64,000 nt of DNA from a bacterium (lineage in GTDB: Bacteria; Babelota; Babeliae; Babelales; RVW-14), in assembly GCA_043822925.1 (NCBI GenBank), contig JBDRBF010000002.1:1-64000 (forward strand). Direction: 5' to 3'. The translations under genes and the position numbers were made by a program. How positions within the stretch are numbered: position 1 is the first letter of the stretch; the number at the start of each line of letters is the position of its first letter. The notes below the pieces were generated by a model that saw only the letters and a list, made by a program, of their open reading frames with translations, was not told the origin of the DNA and ran no database searches. Of the stretch, positions 36,633 to 46,259 are shown piece by piece.

Positions 36633-38762
36633 TTATTTAAATCGATCTTCCCATTCTTTATTGTAATAATTGCCGCCTTTAATTTGAGTATTGTTCTCTT
36701 CCACATTATACTTTACTTCAAATCTATAATTATATTCGTTGTATTCTTTGTTCCATTCATCTGGTTCGTATAAAACTTGATACCATTCTAAATTTTTGGT
36801 ATAGGGTGGCACGTTAAATACGCCAAGATTGAATTCTTTATTTATTACATCAAGTATTTCTTGGAGTTCTGTTTTGGATTTTGTTGTAATTTTGAGTTCT
36901 GGAACATCAACAAAAACGTCTTGCCTTGTTTGTTTGTTTTCTCCTGCGTAAAACTTTTTTATTTCTGTTGTTATAGTTACTTGAGGATCCGATACTATAA
37001 GTTTTTCTTTAAGTTGTTTTGAGTATTCGTAAATATATTCGTCAGGCTTATTTCCCGGTTTGGGATATTTGATTGGTCTGGTATCGTTTTCGGCCATGTA
37101 TTTGGTGAAAAAGGTGAAATCTAGGTTGACTTCTTTGCCAAAACGAATTATGAAAGTTGTGTTATTTTGAGGTTGATTTGCTTCGGATGAATAAATATAT
37201 CCGTTGCGACAAGCCCATGTATGATGTTCTCTTATTCTGTGATCCAACTTTGCTTGGCCGGGGGCATCGGTGTGTCGGCATCCAAAGCAGAATTTTGGAT
37301 GTCCACATGGGTTGATCATTTGGCAAGCTCCCCCTCTACCACCAGATTGTCCACATTTTGGACAGTTTTGTGTGTTTAAAAAGAGAGATTGCTCATTCCT
37401 TTCTTTTTCTTGGGCTTCTTTTTTTATTTCGTTTGGATCTTTTTTTATTTGGCATTCGTTTTCTTTATGGAATTTTTTACACGCTGGATGATATTTGTTC
37501 AAGCAAGGGTGACCCTGTTCGTTTTGCCCGAAGCAGTTGATTTCAATCATAGGATTAATTTCGTGGAAGCTTTGTCCATTTCCTAAGCGGTAATATTCGT
37601 TGCAAAGTGAGCATTCTCTATAATTTTCGTCAGTATTATTTTTTTTGGCTTTGGATCTTTTTGCTAGAAATTTAAGCCTATTTATTCTTTCTTTTTTCTC
37701 CATGAGTCTCCCCCCTCCTATTTTTCCTTCCCCTAAGTCAAATCCTCCAACTCTTCCATCGGTTACTATTTTTTCTAACTCTTCATCACTATCAGAGATG
37801 AGGAAGTTGCGGTGTTTGGGGTCAAAACAGGTCAATTCTGTTCCTTCATCGAGGTCAAGGATCCTTTGAATAGGGCAACCCCATGCGCTATTGAATTCAT
37901 CAAGGCAGTACATGGTCTCTTGACCAGGTTTATTGCAGCCACATTTTAATTCGGGGAATTCAGAAAGTGGTTTTTCTTCGAGGCAGATGTTGCATTTTTT
38001 CATTTCTGGTTTGAGAACATCCTTATTGAGTAATTCTATTCTGTCTTTTTTTGTCTTGTCTGTTCCCCCAGATATAAATACCTCCCCCCATTGATTTATG
38101 TTTGGATATCCTCCTGTGATTCCATTAGTTACTATTTTGTCAAAATCAGTATCTCTAATAAGTCTGCTGCATCCAACGCATTTTAATAATGTCCAGTTAT
38201 TACCATCAATGGTTGCCCAAATGGGTCCTTGAACTTTATTGTATTCATTCTTGCAATAAAACTTTTTATTCTTAGGGGCGTTGCAGCCACATAGTAATTC
38301 TGGGAACTTACTTGCATCTTTTTCTTTCTTGCATAGTTCGCAGGTTTTACGGGTGAGGCGTTCTTTTTCCAGTTCTGTTTTCCATTGTGTTCTCTTCTCT
38401 TCTAGCTTTTTTTCCTGTTCCTCGCTTTTTTCGATTTCTTTTCGGGCTTCTTCTTGTTCTATTTTTTCTTGTTCTTCTCGTGCTTTTCGTTCTTCGTCTG
38501 TTTCTACTGCGATATCTACGTTGGGTTCAGGTTTAGGTTCAGGAAGAATTGGGTTGACAGGTTTTGGGTCTTTAGGTTTATCTGGTTTATTAGGTTTTGC
38601 GAGTTTTTGTTTTGCATTATTTAATGAGCCGCTGAGTGCGACTAATTTTTGCTTAAGTGTAGTCAGGCTTTGTTTAAAGGTTTCTATTTTTTTTTCTATG
38701 CCAGAAATTTTATGTACACCAAAAAGACAAAATAGGGTTAAAATAAATAATATTTTACGCAT
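36633..38762 (-). CDS. Secreted Cys-rich protein resembling RING-IBR-RING (RBR) E3 ubiquitin ligases
   Basis: Signal peptide, two RING-like units, IBR-like unit, CPKC..GGAC..C..FCFGC. Confidence 0.7.
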   Translation of the reverse strand: MRKILFILTLFCLFGVHKISGIEKKIETFKQSLTTLKQKLVALSGSLNNAKQKLAKPNKPDKPKDPKPVNPILPEPKPEPNVDIAVETDEERKAREEQEKIEQEEARKEIEKSEEQEKKLEEKRTQWKTELEKERLTRKTCELCKKEKDASKFPELLCGCNAPKNKKFYCKNEYNKVQGPIWATIDGNNWTLLKCVGCSRLIRDTDFDKIVTNGITGGYPNINQWGEVFISGGTDKTKKDRIELLNKDVLKPEMKKCNICLEEKPLSEFPELKCGCNKPGQETMYCLDEFNSAWGCPIQRILDLDEGTELTCFDPKHRNFLISDSDEELEKIVTDGRVGGFDLGEGKIGGGRLMEKKERINRLKFLAKRSKAKKNNTDENYRECSLCNEYYRLGNGQSFHEINPMIEINCFGQNEQGHPCLNKYHPACKKFHKENECQIKKDPNEIKKEAQEKERNEQSLFLNTQNCPKCGQSGGRGGACQMINPCGHPKFCFGCRHTDAPGQAKLDHRIREHHTWACRNGYIYSSEANQPQNNTTFIIRFGKEVNLDFTFFTKYMAENDTRPIKYPKPGNKPDEYIYEYSKQLKEKLIVSDPQVTITTEIKKFYAGENKQTRQDVFVDVPELKITTKSKTELQEILDVINKEFNLGVFNVPPYTKNLEWYQVLYEPDEWNKEYNEYNYRFEVKYNVEENNTQIKGGNYYNKEWEDRFK

Positions 38763-38948
38763 TCTTGCCCCGATCAGGTTAAGTAATGTTGTTTACTCTT
38801 TTCTCCAATTCACATTGAATATTTTCTATAATTTAATCTAGCAAGAAAAAATTTTTGTGTAATTGTTTTTAAAAAAACATAGAAATCTCTATGGTTAAAG
38901 CCATATCCGTCTTGACTGGAAGCTTCGACGTGAGAAGAACCTCGTGTT

Positions 38949-39527
38949 TTAACATGAGGCTTTTTTGCGAGTTTCTTCTATTTTTTTTAATTCGTTAGTA
39001 ACATCACGTCGATAGAGTTGGTAGATAGCAAGATGAATAGGTTCGGGGGATATTATTGGGTGAAGGGCGTCTTTTTCTCCGATTTTGGTGAGCCCGTGTT
39101 TCCTGTAAAACCCGTCTGCTGATTCTAGCGTGTCTACTTCTATGGTGTGTAGGTGTGGGTAATAGTCAAAAAGAGAGAGCATGAGCCGCCAAGCCAGACG
39201 TTGGCCTTTATATTCAGGCACTGTGCCTAGATAATCGACATATAATTCGCCGGGTCTGTCTTCATAAAAGTTGCCTAAAATAAAAGATATTACGTTATTT
39301 TGTTCGTCTTTTATTGCGTGAAAATAATAGTTGAGATCACGTTTCTCGAGTGATTCGAGAACTTTTGGGAAGTAGTCGATCCAGTCTTGTTGTGTTTTTT
39401 CTTTTTCAAAAGACAAATTATAGGCGATATAGGTGTTTTTAAAATCTTCAAGATTGTTATAAGAGATCAAGAGCTTTTCGTTTTTTTTAGTGATAAAAAC
39501 ATCGCAGGTATTGTTATTATTGCTCAC
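38949..39527 (-). CDS. GNAT acetyltransferase
   Basis: LGTVPEYKGQRLA, FYRKHG; GTG start after AAGGAG. Confidence 0.85.
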   Translation of the reverse strand: MSNNNNTCDVFITKKNEKLLISYNNLEDFKNTYIAYNLSFEKEKTQQDWIDYFPKVLESLEKRDLNYYFHAIKDEQNNVISFILGNFYEDRPGELYVDYLGTVPEYKGQRLAWRLMLSLFDYYPHLHTIEVDTLESADGFYRKHGLTKIGEKDALHPIISPEPIHLAIYQLYRRDVTNELKKIEETRKKASC

Positions 39528-39560
39528 GTTTTCTCCTTTATATTGGGCTATATTGCGCAA

Positions 39561-40415
39561 TTAAATTTCACTGAGTTTTTCTTTTTTACGTGCTTTTTTT
39601 TCTTTTACTAGTTTTTCTGCATTTTCTCTTGTTAATTCGTAAACAGGATACATCTTTCCATCTGCTAAGTATTTTTCTACCTCTAATGTTTCGCCAATTT
39701 TTACAAAACCGTGTTTTAGATAAAATTTTTCTCCGGCTTGGGAAATGGCTATGCCTTGAATTGATTTTTCCATAGGATAACGGTCAAAAATAGATAACAT
39801 TATTTGCCAAGCAAGATCTTTATGCGCAAAAAGAGGGTGTGTTAGTGTGGTATGACAAAACCACTCGCTTTTGAACTTTCCGTATCGACATGAAATGATT
39901 GTATTATTATCATCTACTATTGCATGAAAATAAAATTTTAAATCATTCTTTTCGAGTGATTTAATAAGGTTTTCGTGGTCTTTTATCCATTTCTCTTTTG
40001 TCCACGCATCTTGCCCTGTTCTTTTAAATGCCACGTTTTCAAGTTCCCATGTATTTTTGAAAAGTTCAGGGTCGTTATAAACAAATTTGAGATGGTTAGT
40101 TTTTTTTGATTGAGATTCTTGTTCAGGTATTTCTGTTTTGATTAATTGGTAAATTTTGTTTTTTACTGAAAACTCGAGGTTTTCGCAAAGAGGTTCATTG
40201 AGCGTTAAGTTTGCAAAATCTTTTTCAAGTTCGTTTATTTTATAAAACGTTGGGTTTTTTTGTGAGAGAAGTGGGTTTGAGCTTGTGAATAAGGTTCTTT
40301 TGTTTGTCTGAGCTCGTAAGTGGTAATATTTTTGCATGGCTTGTGCTTCAAAGCATAGTGTTGCTAGTGGTACGAATAAAAGCGTGAAATATAATAGTTT
40401 TTTGTTCATAGTCAT
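39561..40415 (-). CDS. GNAT acetyltransferase with signal-like N-terminus, paralog of the downstream gene
   Basis: FYFHAI, LAWQIMLSIFD, FYLKHGF. Confidence 0.8.
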   Translation of the reverse strand: MTMNKKLLYFTLLFVPLATLCFEAQAMQKYYHLRAQTNKRTLFTSSNPLLSQKNPTFYKINELEKDFANLTLNEPLCENLEFSVKNKIYQLIKTEIPEQESQSKKTNHLKFVYNDPELFKNTWELENVAFKRTGQDAWTKEKWIKDHENLIKSLEKNDLKFYFHAIVDDNNTIISCRYGKFKSEWFCHTTLTHPLFAHKDLAWQIMLSIFDRYPMEKSIQGIAISQAGEKFYLKHGFVKIGETLEVEKYLADGKMYPVYELTRENAEKLVKEKKARKKEKLSEI

Positions 40416-40523
40416 ATCCTGAATTTAAGTATAATAAATTAGTGAAAAAGCATGTAAAATAAAGCATATTTTGCGTTGTTTAGTTATAGCAAGAAATTGG
40501 TATATAGCAATAAAATGATCGGT

Positions 40524-41618
40524 TTAGCGTTGTTTTTGATCTAAAAAAATAGAAAATGGTTCGTTCTGAAATATAAATTTATAGGCTGCATGGCATAGGG
40601 GCATGTGTAGGTTGTCGCGTTCAATTAGTTCGCGCAGAGAGAGCAGGGTATTAAGCCCTTCGGGAAGCGTCTTAAAATTGAGCGATAAATTTTCTATAGA
40701 TCGGTCTTGGGCGAGCAAGCGTCCAGCTTTGAGGTTTTTGCCGAGAGTCCCAGTGCAGCTTAAAATTAAATCGCCCAAGCCTGATAGCCCGTAGGCTGTT
40801 TGCGGGTCGCCACCGAGATGTTTGATCAAGTAAGCAATTTCACGCAGGCCCTGAGTTATTAAATAAGAAGCGGTATTTTCTTTATGTCCAGATCCGTAGG
40901 CGATGCCTATAATTAGCGCAAAAACATTTTTGATGGCGCCACATATTTGTGTGCCTATTGGGTCTTGTGACGGGAACGTCTTAAAATAATTATTATTAAG
41001 AAGCGTATCTAATTGGGTAATAAGTTTAGAATTTGTGCTTGCGATAGTTGCTGTTGTAAATTGTCTGTCGGCCAGTTCTTTGGCGAAACTTGGGCCACCA
41101 AGTACGGCATAATTTATTGGTGCTTTTAATACGTCTTGAATTATTTGGGATGGGAGTAAGCGTGTTTTTTGTTCGATGCCCTTACTCAGGATTACCCAGG
41201 ATGGGGCGCGCCCTTCGACAGGCTCCCAGGCTTCGCGTGAAGCTTCGCCGGGCACGGCAGGGTGAGTGCTCATGCTGAGTTTATCGAAGCATGAAGGGCA
41301 GGCCAGTCTGGGATGACGACATGTAGGGTCGGTTGCTAAAACTTGTTCAATAATTTGGCGTAAAAATTTGACGGGAATAGCTTCGAAAATTAAGCTTGCG
41401 CCGGTTATGGCTTCTTCGAGATTTGTTGTTGCGTTAATTTTTGGGCTCAGCGTAATATCAGGTAAATACTGGCTGTTTGTGTGTTGCTTGGTTATTTCGT
41501 AGGTAATTTCTGGTTCATGGCACCATAGGGTTACATGGTGGTCGTTGTGGGCCAGGAGCGTCGCGATAGCTGTTCCCCAAGCGCCTGCGCCAAGTATTGT
41601 TATTTTTTGTTCAGACAT
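40524..41618 (-). CDS. gpsA: NAD(P)H glycerol-3-phosphate dehydrogenase with ~40-aa repeat-derived insertion
   Basis: GAGAWGTA, SKGIE, GGPSFA, GAIKNV, GLGDLILSC. Confidence 0.93.
   Translation of the reverse strand: MSEQKITILGAGAWGTAIATLLAHNDHHVTLWCHEPEITYEITKQHTNSQYLPDITLSPKINATTNLEEAITGASLIFEAIPVKFLRQIIEQVLATDPTCRHPRLACPSCFDKLSMSTHPAVPGEASREAWEPVEGRAPSWVILSKGIEQKTRLLPSQIIQDVLKAPINYAVLGGPSFAKELADRQFTTATIASTNSKLITQLDTLLNNNYFKTFPSQDPIGTQICGAIKNVFALIIGIAYGSGHKENTASYLITQGLREIAYLIKHLGGDPQTAYGLSGLGDLILSCTGTLGKNLKAGRLLAQDRSIENLSLNFKTLPEGLNTLLSLRELIERDNLHMPLCHAAYKFIFQNEPFSIFLDQKQR
41205..41321 (-). repeat. Multiply nested palindromic repeat cluster inside gpsA
   Basis: Contains gtcgtcatcccagact, tgcttcgataaactcagcatgagc and ctcaccctg[ccgtgcccggcgaagcttcacgcgaagcctggg]agcctgtcgaaggg. 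Confidence 0.9.
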
Positions 41619-41640
41619 TTAGCTATTCCCGTTAAAAAAA

Positions 41641-42330
41641 TTACTTACCAAAGTTTCTCTGTATTGTCGTAAATTTTTCTAAACATTTTTTTAAGATATC
41701 TTCAGTGACGTCTGGCCAGAGTTCTTCAAGAAATAAAAATTCGCTGTAGGCTGCTTGATATAATAAAAAGTTACTTATTCGGGTGAGCCCACTGGTGCGT
41801 ATAATAAGATCTGGGGCTGGAATGTCTGCTGTCCAAAGAGATTTTGCAAATAGATCTGTTGTAATTTCTGAGATGTTTAGTGTGCCATCTTTTACTTGTT
41901 GTGCGAGTTTTTTTGTGGCGTGAACGATTTCTTGTTGTCCACCGTAACAAAATAATAAATTGAGATTTAGCTGCGTACAATCTTTTGTTGCTTCTTCAGC
42001 GTTTTTAACGGTGATGTTTACAACCTCTGGAAATATGCTTCTATCGCCGATAAAGCGAACGCGTATATTTTCTTTGATTAAGCTTGGGAGTTCTTTGGTT
42101 AATTGTTTTGAAAAGAGCTCTTCAAATAGATATCTTTTTTCTTGTTCTTCTCGTGTAAAGTTTTCGAGAGAAAAGATGTAAAAAGAGAGATGTTTAATAT
42201 TGTTTTTGATGCTAAATTTGATTGATGCGCGTATTGCTTCCAGGCCAGCTTTGTGTCCTAAAAATGTTTGGAGTTTGTTTTTTAAAGCCCATCGGCGGTT
42301 GCCATCTGGGATTATTGCAAGATGTTGCAT
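41641..42330 (-). CDS. uppS: Undecaprenyl diphosphate synthase
   Basis: IPDGNRRW, FSLEN, IRTSG..RISNFLLYQ. Confidence 0.95.
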   Translation of the reverse strand: MQHLAIIPDGNRRWALKNKLQTFLGHKAGLEAIRASIKFSIKNNIKHLSFYIFSLENFTREEQEKRYLFEELFSKQLTKELPSLIKENIRVRFIGDRSIFPEVVNITVKNAEEATKDCTQLNLNLLFCYGGQQEIVHATKKLAQQVKDGTLNISEITTDLFAKSLWTADIPAPDLIIRTSGLTRISNFLLYQAAYSEFLFLEELWPDVTEDILKKCLEKFTTIQRNFGK

Positions 42331-42864
42331 AAAAAGCCTTTATGGTTTCAAGCTATGTGAGCTTAGGTTTTTCTTGGGTGTGCTCAAGAGCGTTTTTTAC
42401 GATTGCTTTATACTACATGAACTACGGTTTCTTGCAATGTTTTACCTCGTGTTAATTCGTCTGAGCTAAGGCTTGTATGTGACAAGAACTTTGGGCTGGC
42501 AAGAGCGTTTCAGGCGACCTGTCACGTCGAAGTTTCAGTGAAGACTAATTGCTTTAAGGTCTTGCAAGCCTATGGTTTCAACTATAGGAATTACCAAAAA
42601 AAGAAGCTTTTTGAGCTTTTAGGCCATATTTTGGGGCTCCATTTGAGTTTAATTGGTTTTTGCTATATTATTTAAATATATGAATAAAATAATAAATCGT
42701 CAGTTTGCCACAAATGTTGTGGCATATCTCAGAACCAATTTCCCCATAAGTTTCAAAATCGTATACTTCGTTATCAGCAATGATGTATCTTATGTATACA
42801 AAATAACGAGTGGTGCGGGGGTTTTGATGCCCATTGGAAACATAATTATGGAAGGGGGAAAATC

Positions 42865-43548
42865 ATGGATATTATAAAAGGGAACGTCAAAGCGATAATT
42901 TTCGATATGGACGGGACCATTCTTAAGACGGAGCACATTTGGAACCAAGTGTCTCGCGAAGTACTGACGCATTGTGGTATTGCTACGTTGTCTCAAGAAT
43001 CCGAAGTTTTATTAGATTCTTTGAGCGGGTCTTCGTTGCTCAAGGCAGCAACATTGATGAAAGACGTGTTTAAATTGCCGCAGACAGAAGAAGAAATTCT
43101 TGATTTGCACATTAAGTTGTCAAATAAGTTATTTGAAGAGCGATGTGAATTTATTGAGGGATTTGAAGAATTTCATAAGCAGATTAGTTCTTATGCTATT
43201 CCAAGTAGTATTGCGACGAACGCTCATCATGATAATCTTAAGGGAATTGTTAAGGTTATGAGTTTAGATTCGTTTTTTGGTGAGAATATTTATTCTCCTA
43301 TTCATGTGAATAATAAGTTTAAGCCAGATCCTGCATTATTTTTACATGCGGCAAAAATGTTGAATGTAAATCCTGCTGAATGTGTTGTTTTTGAAGATTC
43401 TGTGTATGGATTTCAGGCTGCAAATGCTGCTGGCATGAAGTGCATAGCTATAAAAAATAAGCTTAATGCGCCACAGCTTGAGAATTATCAGTTGCACAAT
43501 GCGATTGAAACGTATCACGATGCGCTTGAAGCTTTACGCAAAGTTTAA
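42865..43548 (+). CDS. HAD-family phosphatase
   Basis: FDMDGT, KPDP, FEDS. Confidence 0.9.
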   Translation: MDIIKGNVKAIIFDMDGTILKTEHIWNQVSREVLTHCGIATLSQESEVLLDSLSGSSLLKAATLMKDVFKLPQTEEEILDLHIKLSNKLFEERCEFIEGFEEFHKQISSYAIPSSIATNAHHDNLKGIVKVMSLDSFFGENIYSPIHVNNKFKPDPALFLHAAKMLNVNPAECVVFEDSVYGFQAANAAGMKCIAIKNKLNAPQLENYQLHNAIETYHDALEALRKV

Positions 43549-43556
43549 CGCTGACT

Positions 43557-43617
43557 TGTCATCCTGGACTTGCCTGCCATTCGGAGCCACTTGGGCGTAG
43601 TAGAGATCCGGGATCCA
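43557..43617 (+). repeat. Nested palindromic repeat
   Basis: tgtcatcctggacttg[cctgccattcggagccacttgggcgtagtagag]atccgggatcca. Confidence 0.85.
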
Positions 43618-43719
43618 TCCTGTTCTTAATATATTGTCTGTTTAATTTAGGGCCCACATCGGGCCTCTTTTTTTTGAGTTTATGGGGCTGTTAAGAAATA
43701 AGATTTATATATTAAAAAA

Positions 43720-43744
43720 CGCTCACCCTGAGCTTGTCGAAGGG
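43720..43744 (+). repeat. Free-standing copy of the hairpin nested at 24138-24162
   Basis: cgctcaccctgagcttgtcgaaggg, identical 25-mer. Confidence 0.85.
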
Positions 43745-43751
43745 TTCTCCG

Positions 43752-44402
43752 TTATTTGTATGTTATATCAAAAATAAGTAGGCTTGTGTGGGCGATAAGA
43801 AGAGCTGTGTAATACTGCTTGAGAGTGTCATTTTTAGCGCATACTATTTCTTGAGCTGATCTGGTAATTCCATCAAGTGCTTTAAATAGGCAATCTAATT
43901 CTTCTGGAATATTTGTTGTTATAGATAGAGCTGTCGTTGTAATTATTTGGGCTTTGGCTGTTGTATCAAGAATAGATAAAATTGTTTTTTTTAGTTTTTC
44001 TTGGGCATCTGGTAATGTGTCTTCTTGTGTGGGAAAAAGAAGTTCGGCGAGTTTATTGAGTATTGGCTCCGGAATAAAATTTGAGATAAAATTAAGAGCA
44101 TCGATGGCCATCCAGATAAGAAGATATTTTTGTGATTTGTTGTTTTTGTGATTTATTTGGTTTTTGTATAGCGTGAGGCCTTTATTAATGGTAGATGCTC
44201 CGTCGCGTATTGTTTTAATGATGGGAGAGCTTGGTTTGTTACTGGTTGTAATAGTTATTCCTCGTGTGACTGCGTTGGTGAGTGTTATTGTGTCCAGATC
44301 GATGGCTTTTAGCGTAAAATTTGGGGCCAAAGTAAGCGTGAAAACGAGCCATAAAAGCCTGTTTAATTGGGTAATTTGATAAAAAACACTTTGTTTATTC
44401 AT
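43752..44402 (-). CDS. Hypothetical protein, orphan family member 3 (domain only)
   Basis: Motifs shared with the 1856 and 2884 ORFs. Confidence 0.75.
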   Translation of the reverse strand: MNKQSVFYQITQLNRLLWLVFTLTLAPNFTLKAIDLDTITLTNAVTRGITITTSNKPSSPIIKTIRDGASTINKGLTLYKNQINHKNNKSQKYLLIWMAIDALNFISNFIPEPILNKLAELLFPTQEDTLPDAQEKLKKTILSILDTTAKAQIITTTALSITTNIPEELDCLFKALDGITRSAQEIVCAKNDTLKQYYTALLIAHTSLLIFDITYK

Positions 44403-44506
44403 ATTTATTGTTATTTCTTGGTAAAAATTTAAACTTTTTACTCTGACTCTGGATGCATTTTGGCTTATTAATGCGTATTAATACAAGAGTTTAAGATAAA
44501 AGGGGC

Positions 44507-45106
44507 TTGAGTATGTTGGCAAATACTAATTTGGAACTTATTTGGTTTAAGCAAATTTTGGCAAATCAAGATTTGGTGAGCAACCTTGAAAATATTACGC
44601 TTATTATAACAGATGTTGATGGTTGTTTGACTGATGCCAATATCGATTATACTTGTGATCAGGAGTTTTCTCGTCGGTTTTCTATACAAGATGGCTTTGC
44701 AATTGAACAAGCATTAAAAGCGGGACTTCTTGTCGGCTTTATGAGCGGCAAAGCACATAGTTCCAGTAATATGCGTGCTCAGAAGCTTGGAATTCCGGAA
44801 GATTTAAATTTAGGTGGCAAAAAAGATAAAGTAGTCGCTCTTAAAACTATTTGCGAATCTCGTAATATAAATATGCAAAATATTTTGTTTTTTGGTGATG
44901 ATTGTTACGATGCGCGTGTAAAGCTTGCCGTTCCAGAGATTATTTTTGCTACGCCGAGTAATGCGCCTTTTTATTATCAAAATATTGCTAATATTGTTTT
45001 GCCTAAACAGGGTGGCCAGCATGTCTTTAGATTATTACTTGATTTAGTTTTGTATGTTCAAAAAAAGCATTTTTCTCAAGAACTAATCGATCGGCTTGTG
45101 CGGTAA
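44507..45106 (+). CDS. kdsC: KDO-8-phosphate phosphatase family HAD
   Basis: TDVDGCLTD, F.IQDG, FGDD. Confidence 0.85.
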   Translation: MSMLANTNLELIWFKQILANQDLVSNLENITLIITDVDGCLTDANIDYTCDQEFSRRFSIQDGFAIEQALKAGLLVGFMSGKAHSSSNMRAQKLGIPEDLNLGGKKDKVVALKTICESRNINMQNILFFGDDCYDARVKLAVPEIIFATPSNAPFYYQNIANIVLPKQGGQHVFRLLLDLVLYVQKKHFSQELIDRLVR

Positions 45107-45741
45107 TGCGTATATCTAAAAAAAATATAGTTTTGATTTTTGTAGGCATACTTGCACTTTGCAGTACGCTTGGTTACTTGATAAGTAAGCGCAATCAAGA
45201 TCTCAAGATAGCTACTAACACTGCGCAGCTTATTCGTTCAGAAGGGCAAGCAAGTAGTGTGAAAATTGAGCAAGATGCGGATATTGTTATTCGTGGTATA
45301 AAGTTGCAAGAAATGCGCCACGAAAAAAATAAAGATTATACATTGTTCATGAAGGCTAAACAAAGTTCTTTTTCTCATGTTTCTAACGAAATGGATTGTC
45401 GTGATGCTGTTTGTACGGTTGTGGACAAAACAGGCACGATAGCTCAATTTAAAGCAGATATTTCTTTGGTTGACCGTGAAAAACAGGGAGTTACTTTCCC
45501 GGGGCAAGTTGTTGGTAGGTTTGGCGACTATCGTATTTTAGGGCGCAATGCTTATTACGATCCGACGAAAAATAATATTGAATTTAAAGATCTTTTTTAT
45601 GGCACGTATAAAAATGTAAAATTTTTTGCACACCAGGGTTCTTTCGATCTCAAAACCAAATCGATATCTTTGGGCAATGGCGTGCGCACTGAGATTGAGA
45701 TCCCCGAAAAAGATAATAAAGACTGGAATATTGGTTTTTAA
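45106..45741 (+). CDS. LptC-like membrane-anchored beta-jellyroll protein
   Basis: Single N-terminal TM, beta-rich, coupled to kdsC (conserved synteny). Confidence 0.6.
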   Translation: MRISKKNIVLIFVGILALCSTLGYLISKRNQDLKIATNTAQLIRSEGQASSVKIEQDADIVIRGIKLQEMRHEKNKDYTLFMKAKQSSFSHVSNEMDCRDAVCTVVDKTGTIAQFKADISLVDREKQGVTFPGQVVGRFGDYRILGRNAYYDPTKNNIEFKDLFYGTYKNVKFFAHQGSFDLKTKSISLGNGVRTEIEIPEKDNKDWNIGF

Positions 45742-46259
45742 TTTCGAACAGGTATCTTTATAATAATTGGTTCATGTCCTATTTTTTGCATGCAGGTTAA
45801 AAAGTCTTCTGGGCGTAAGCCAATTGTCATATTGTTTTTAAGTGGGTGAAAGTTGACGTATGTAGACGTCATGAAATCTTGGTCTAAAACAAACGTAACT
45901 TTTTTTTCTTGATCAAACATGAGCCCAAATGGCGTGACTGAACCTGGTTCAAGCTTAATAAGCTCGAGCATATTTTCTGCTTTTCCAAAAGAAAACCGGC
46001 CACATTCTAGTTCTGTGCTTAAAGCTTTTAGGTCGACTCGTTTGTGTTCGTCGATACTTACTAGATAAAAAGTATTTTTTGTGTCTTTTAAAAATAGATT
46101 TTTGGATTGCATGCCTGGGATCTCGTCAAGATCGCTATCTATTAAAATTGGTTTTTCGTCTGAGGTGAACACTGCTTGATGCTTGTAAAGTGTGTATTTA
46201 ATATTGTTGGTGTTCAGGAAATCGAATACTATTTTTTCGTTTATCATATTATCTTTCAA
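45738..46259 (-). CDS. YbaK/ProX family tRNA-editing protein
   Basis: KNLFLKD, PGSVTPFG, FHPL.N. Confidence 0.9.
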   Translation of the reverse strand: MKDNMINEKIVFDFLNTNNIKYTLYKHQAVFTSDEKPILIDSDLDEIPGMQSKNLFLKDTKNTFYLVSIDEHKRVDLKALSTELECGRFSFGKAENMLELIKLEPGSVTPFGLMFDQEKKVTFVLDQDFMTSTYVNFHPLKNNMTIGLRPEDFLTCMQKIGHEPIIIKIPVRN

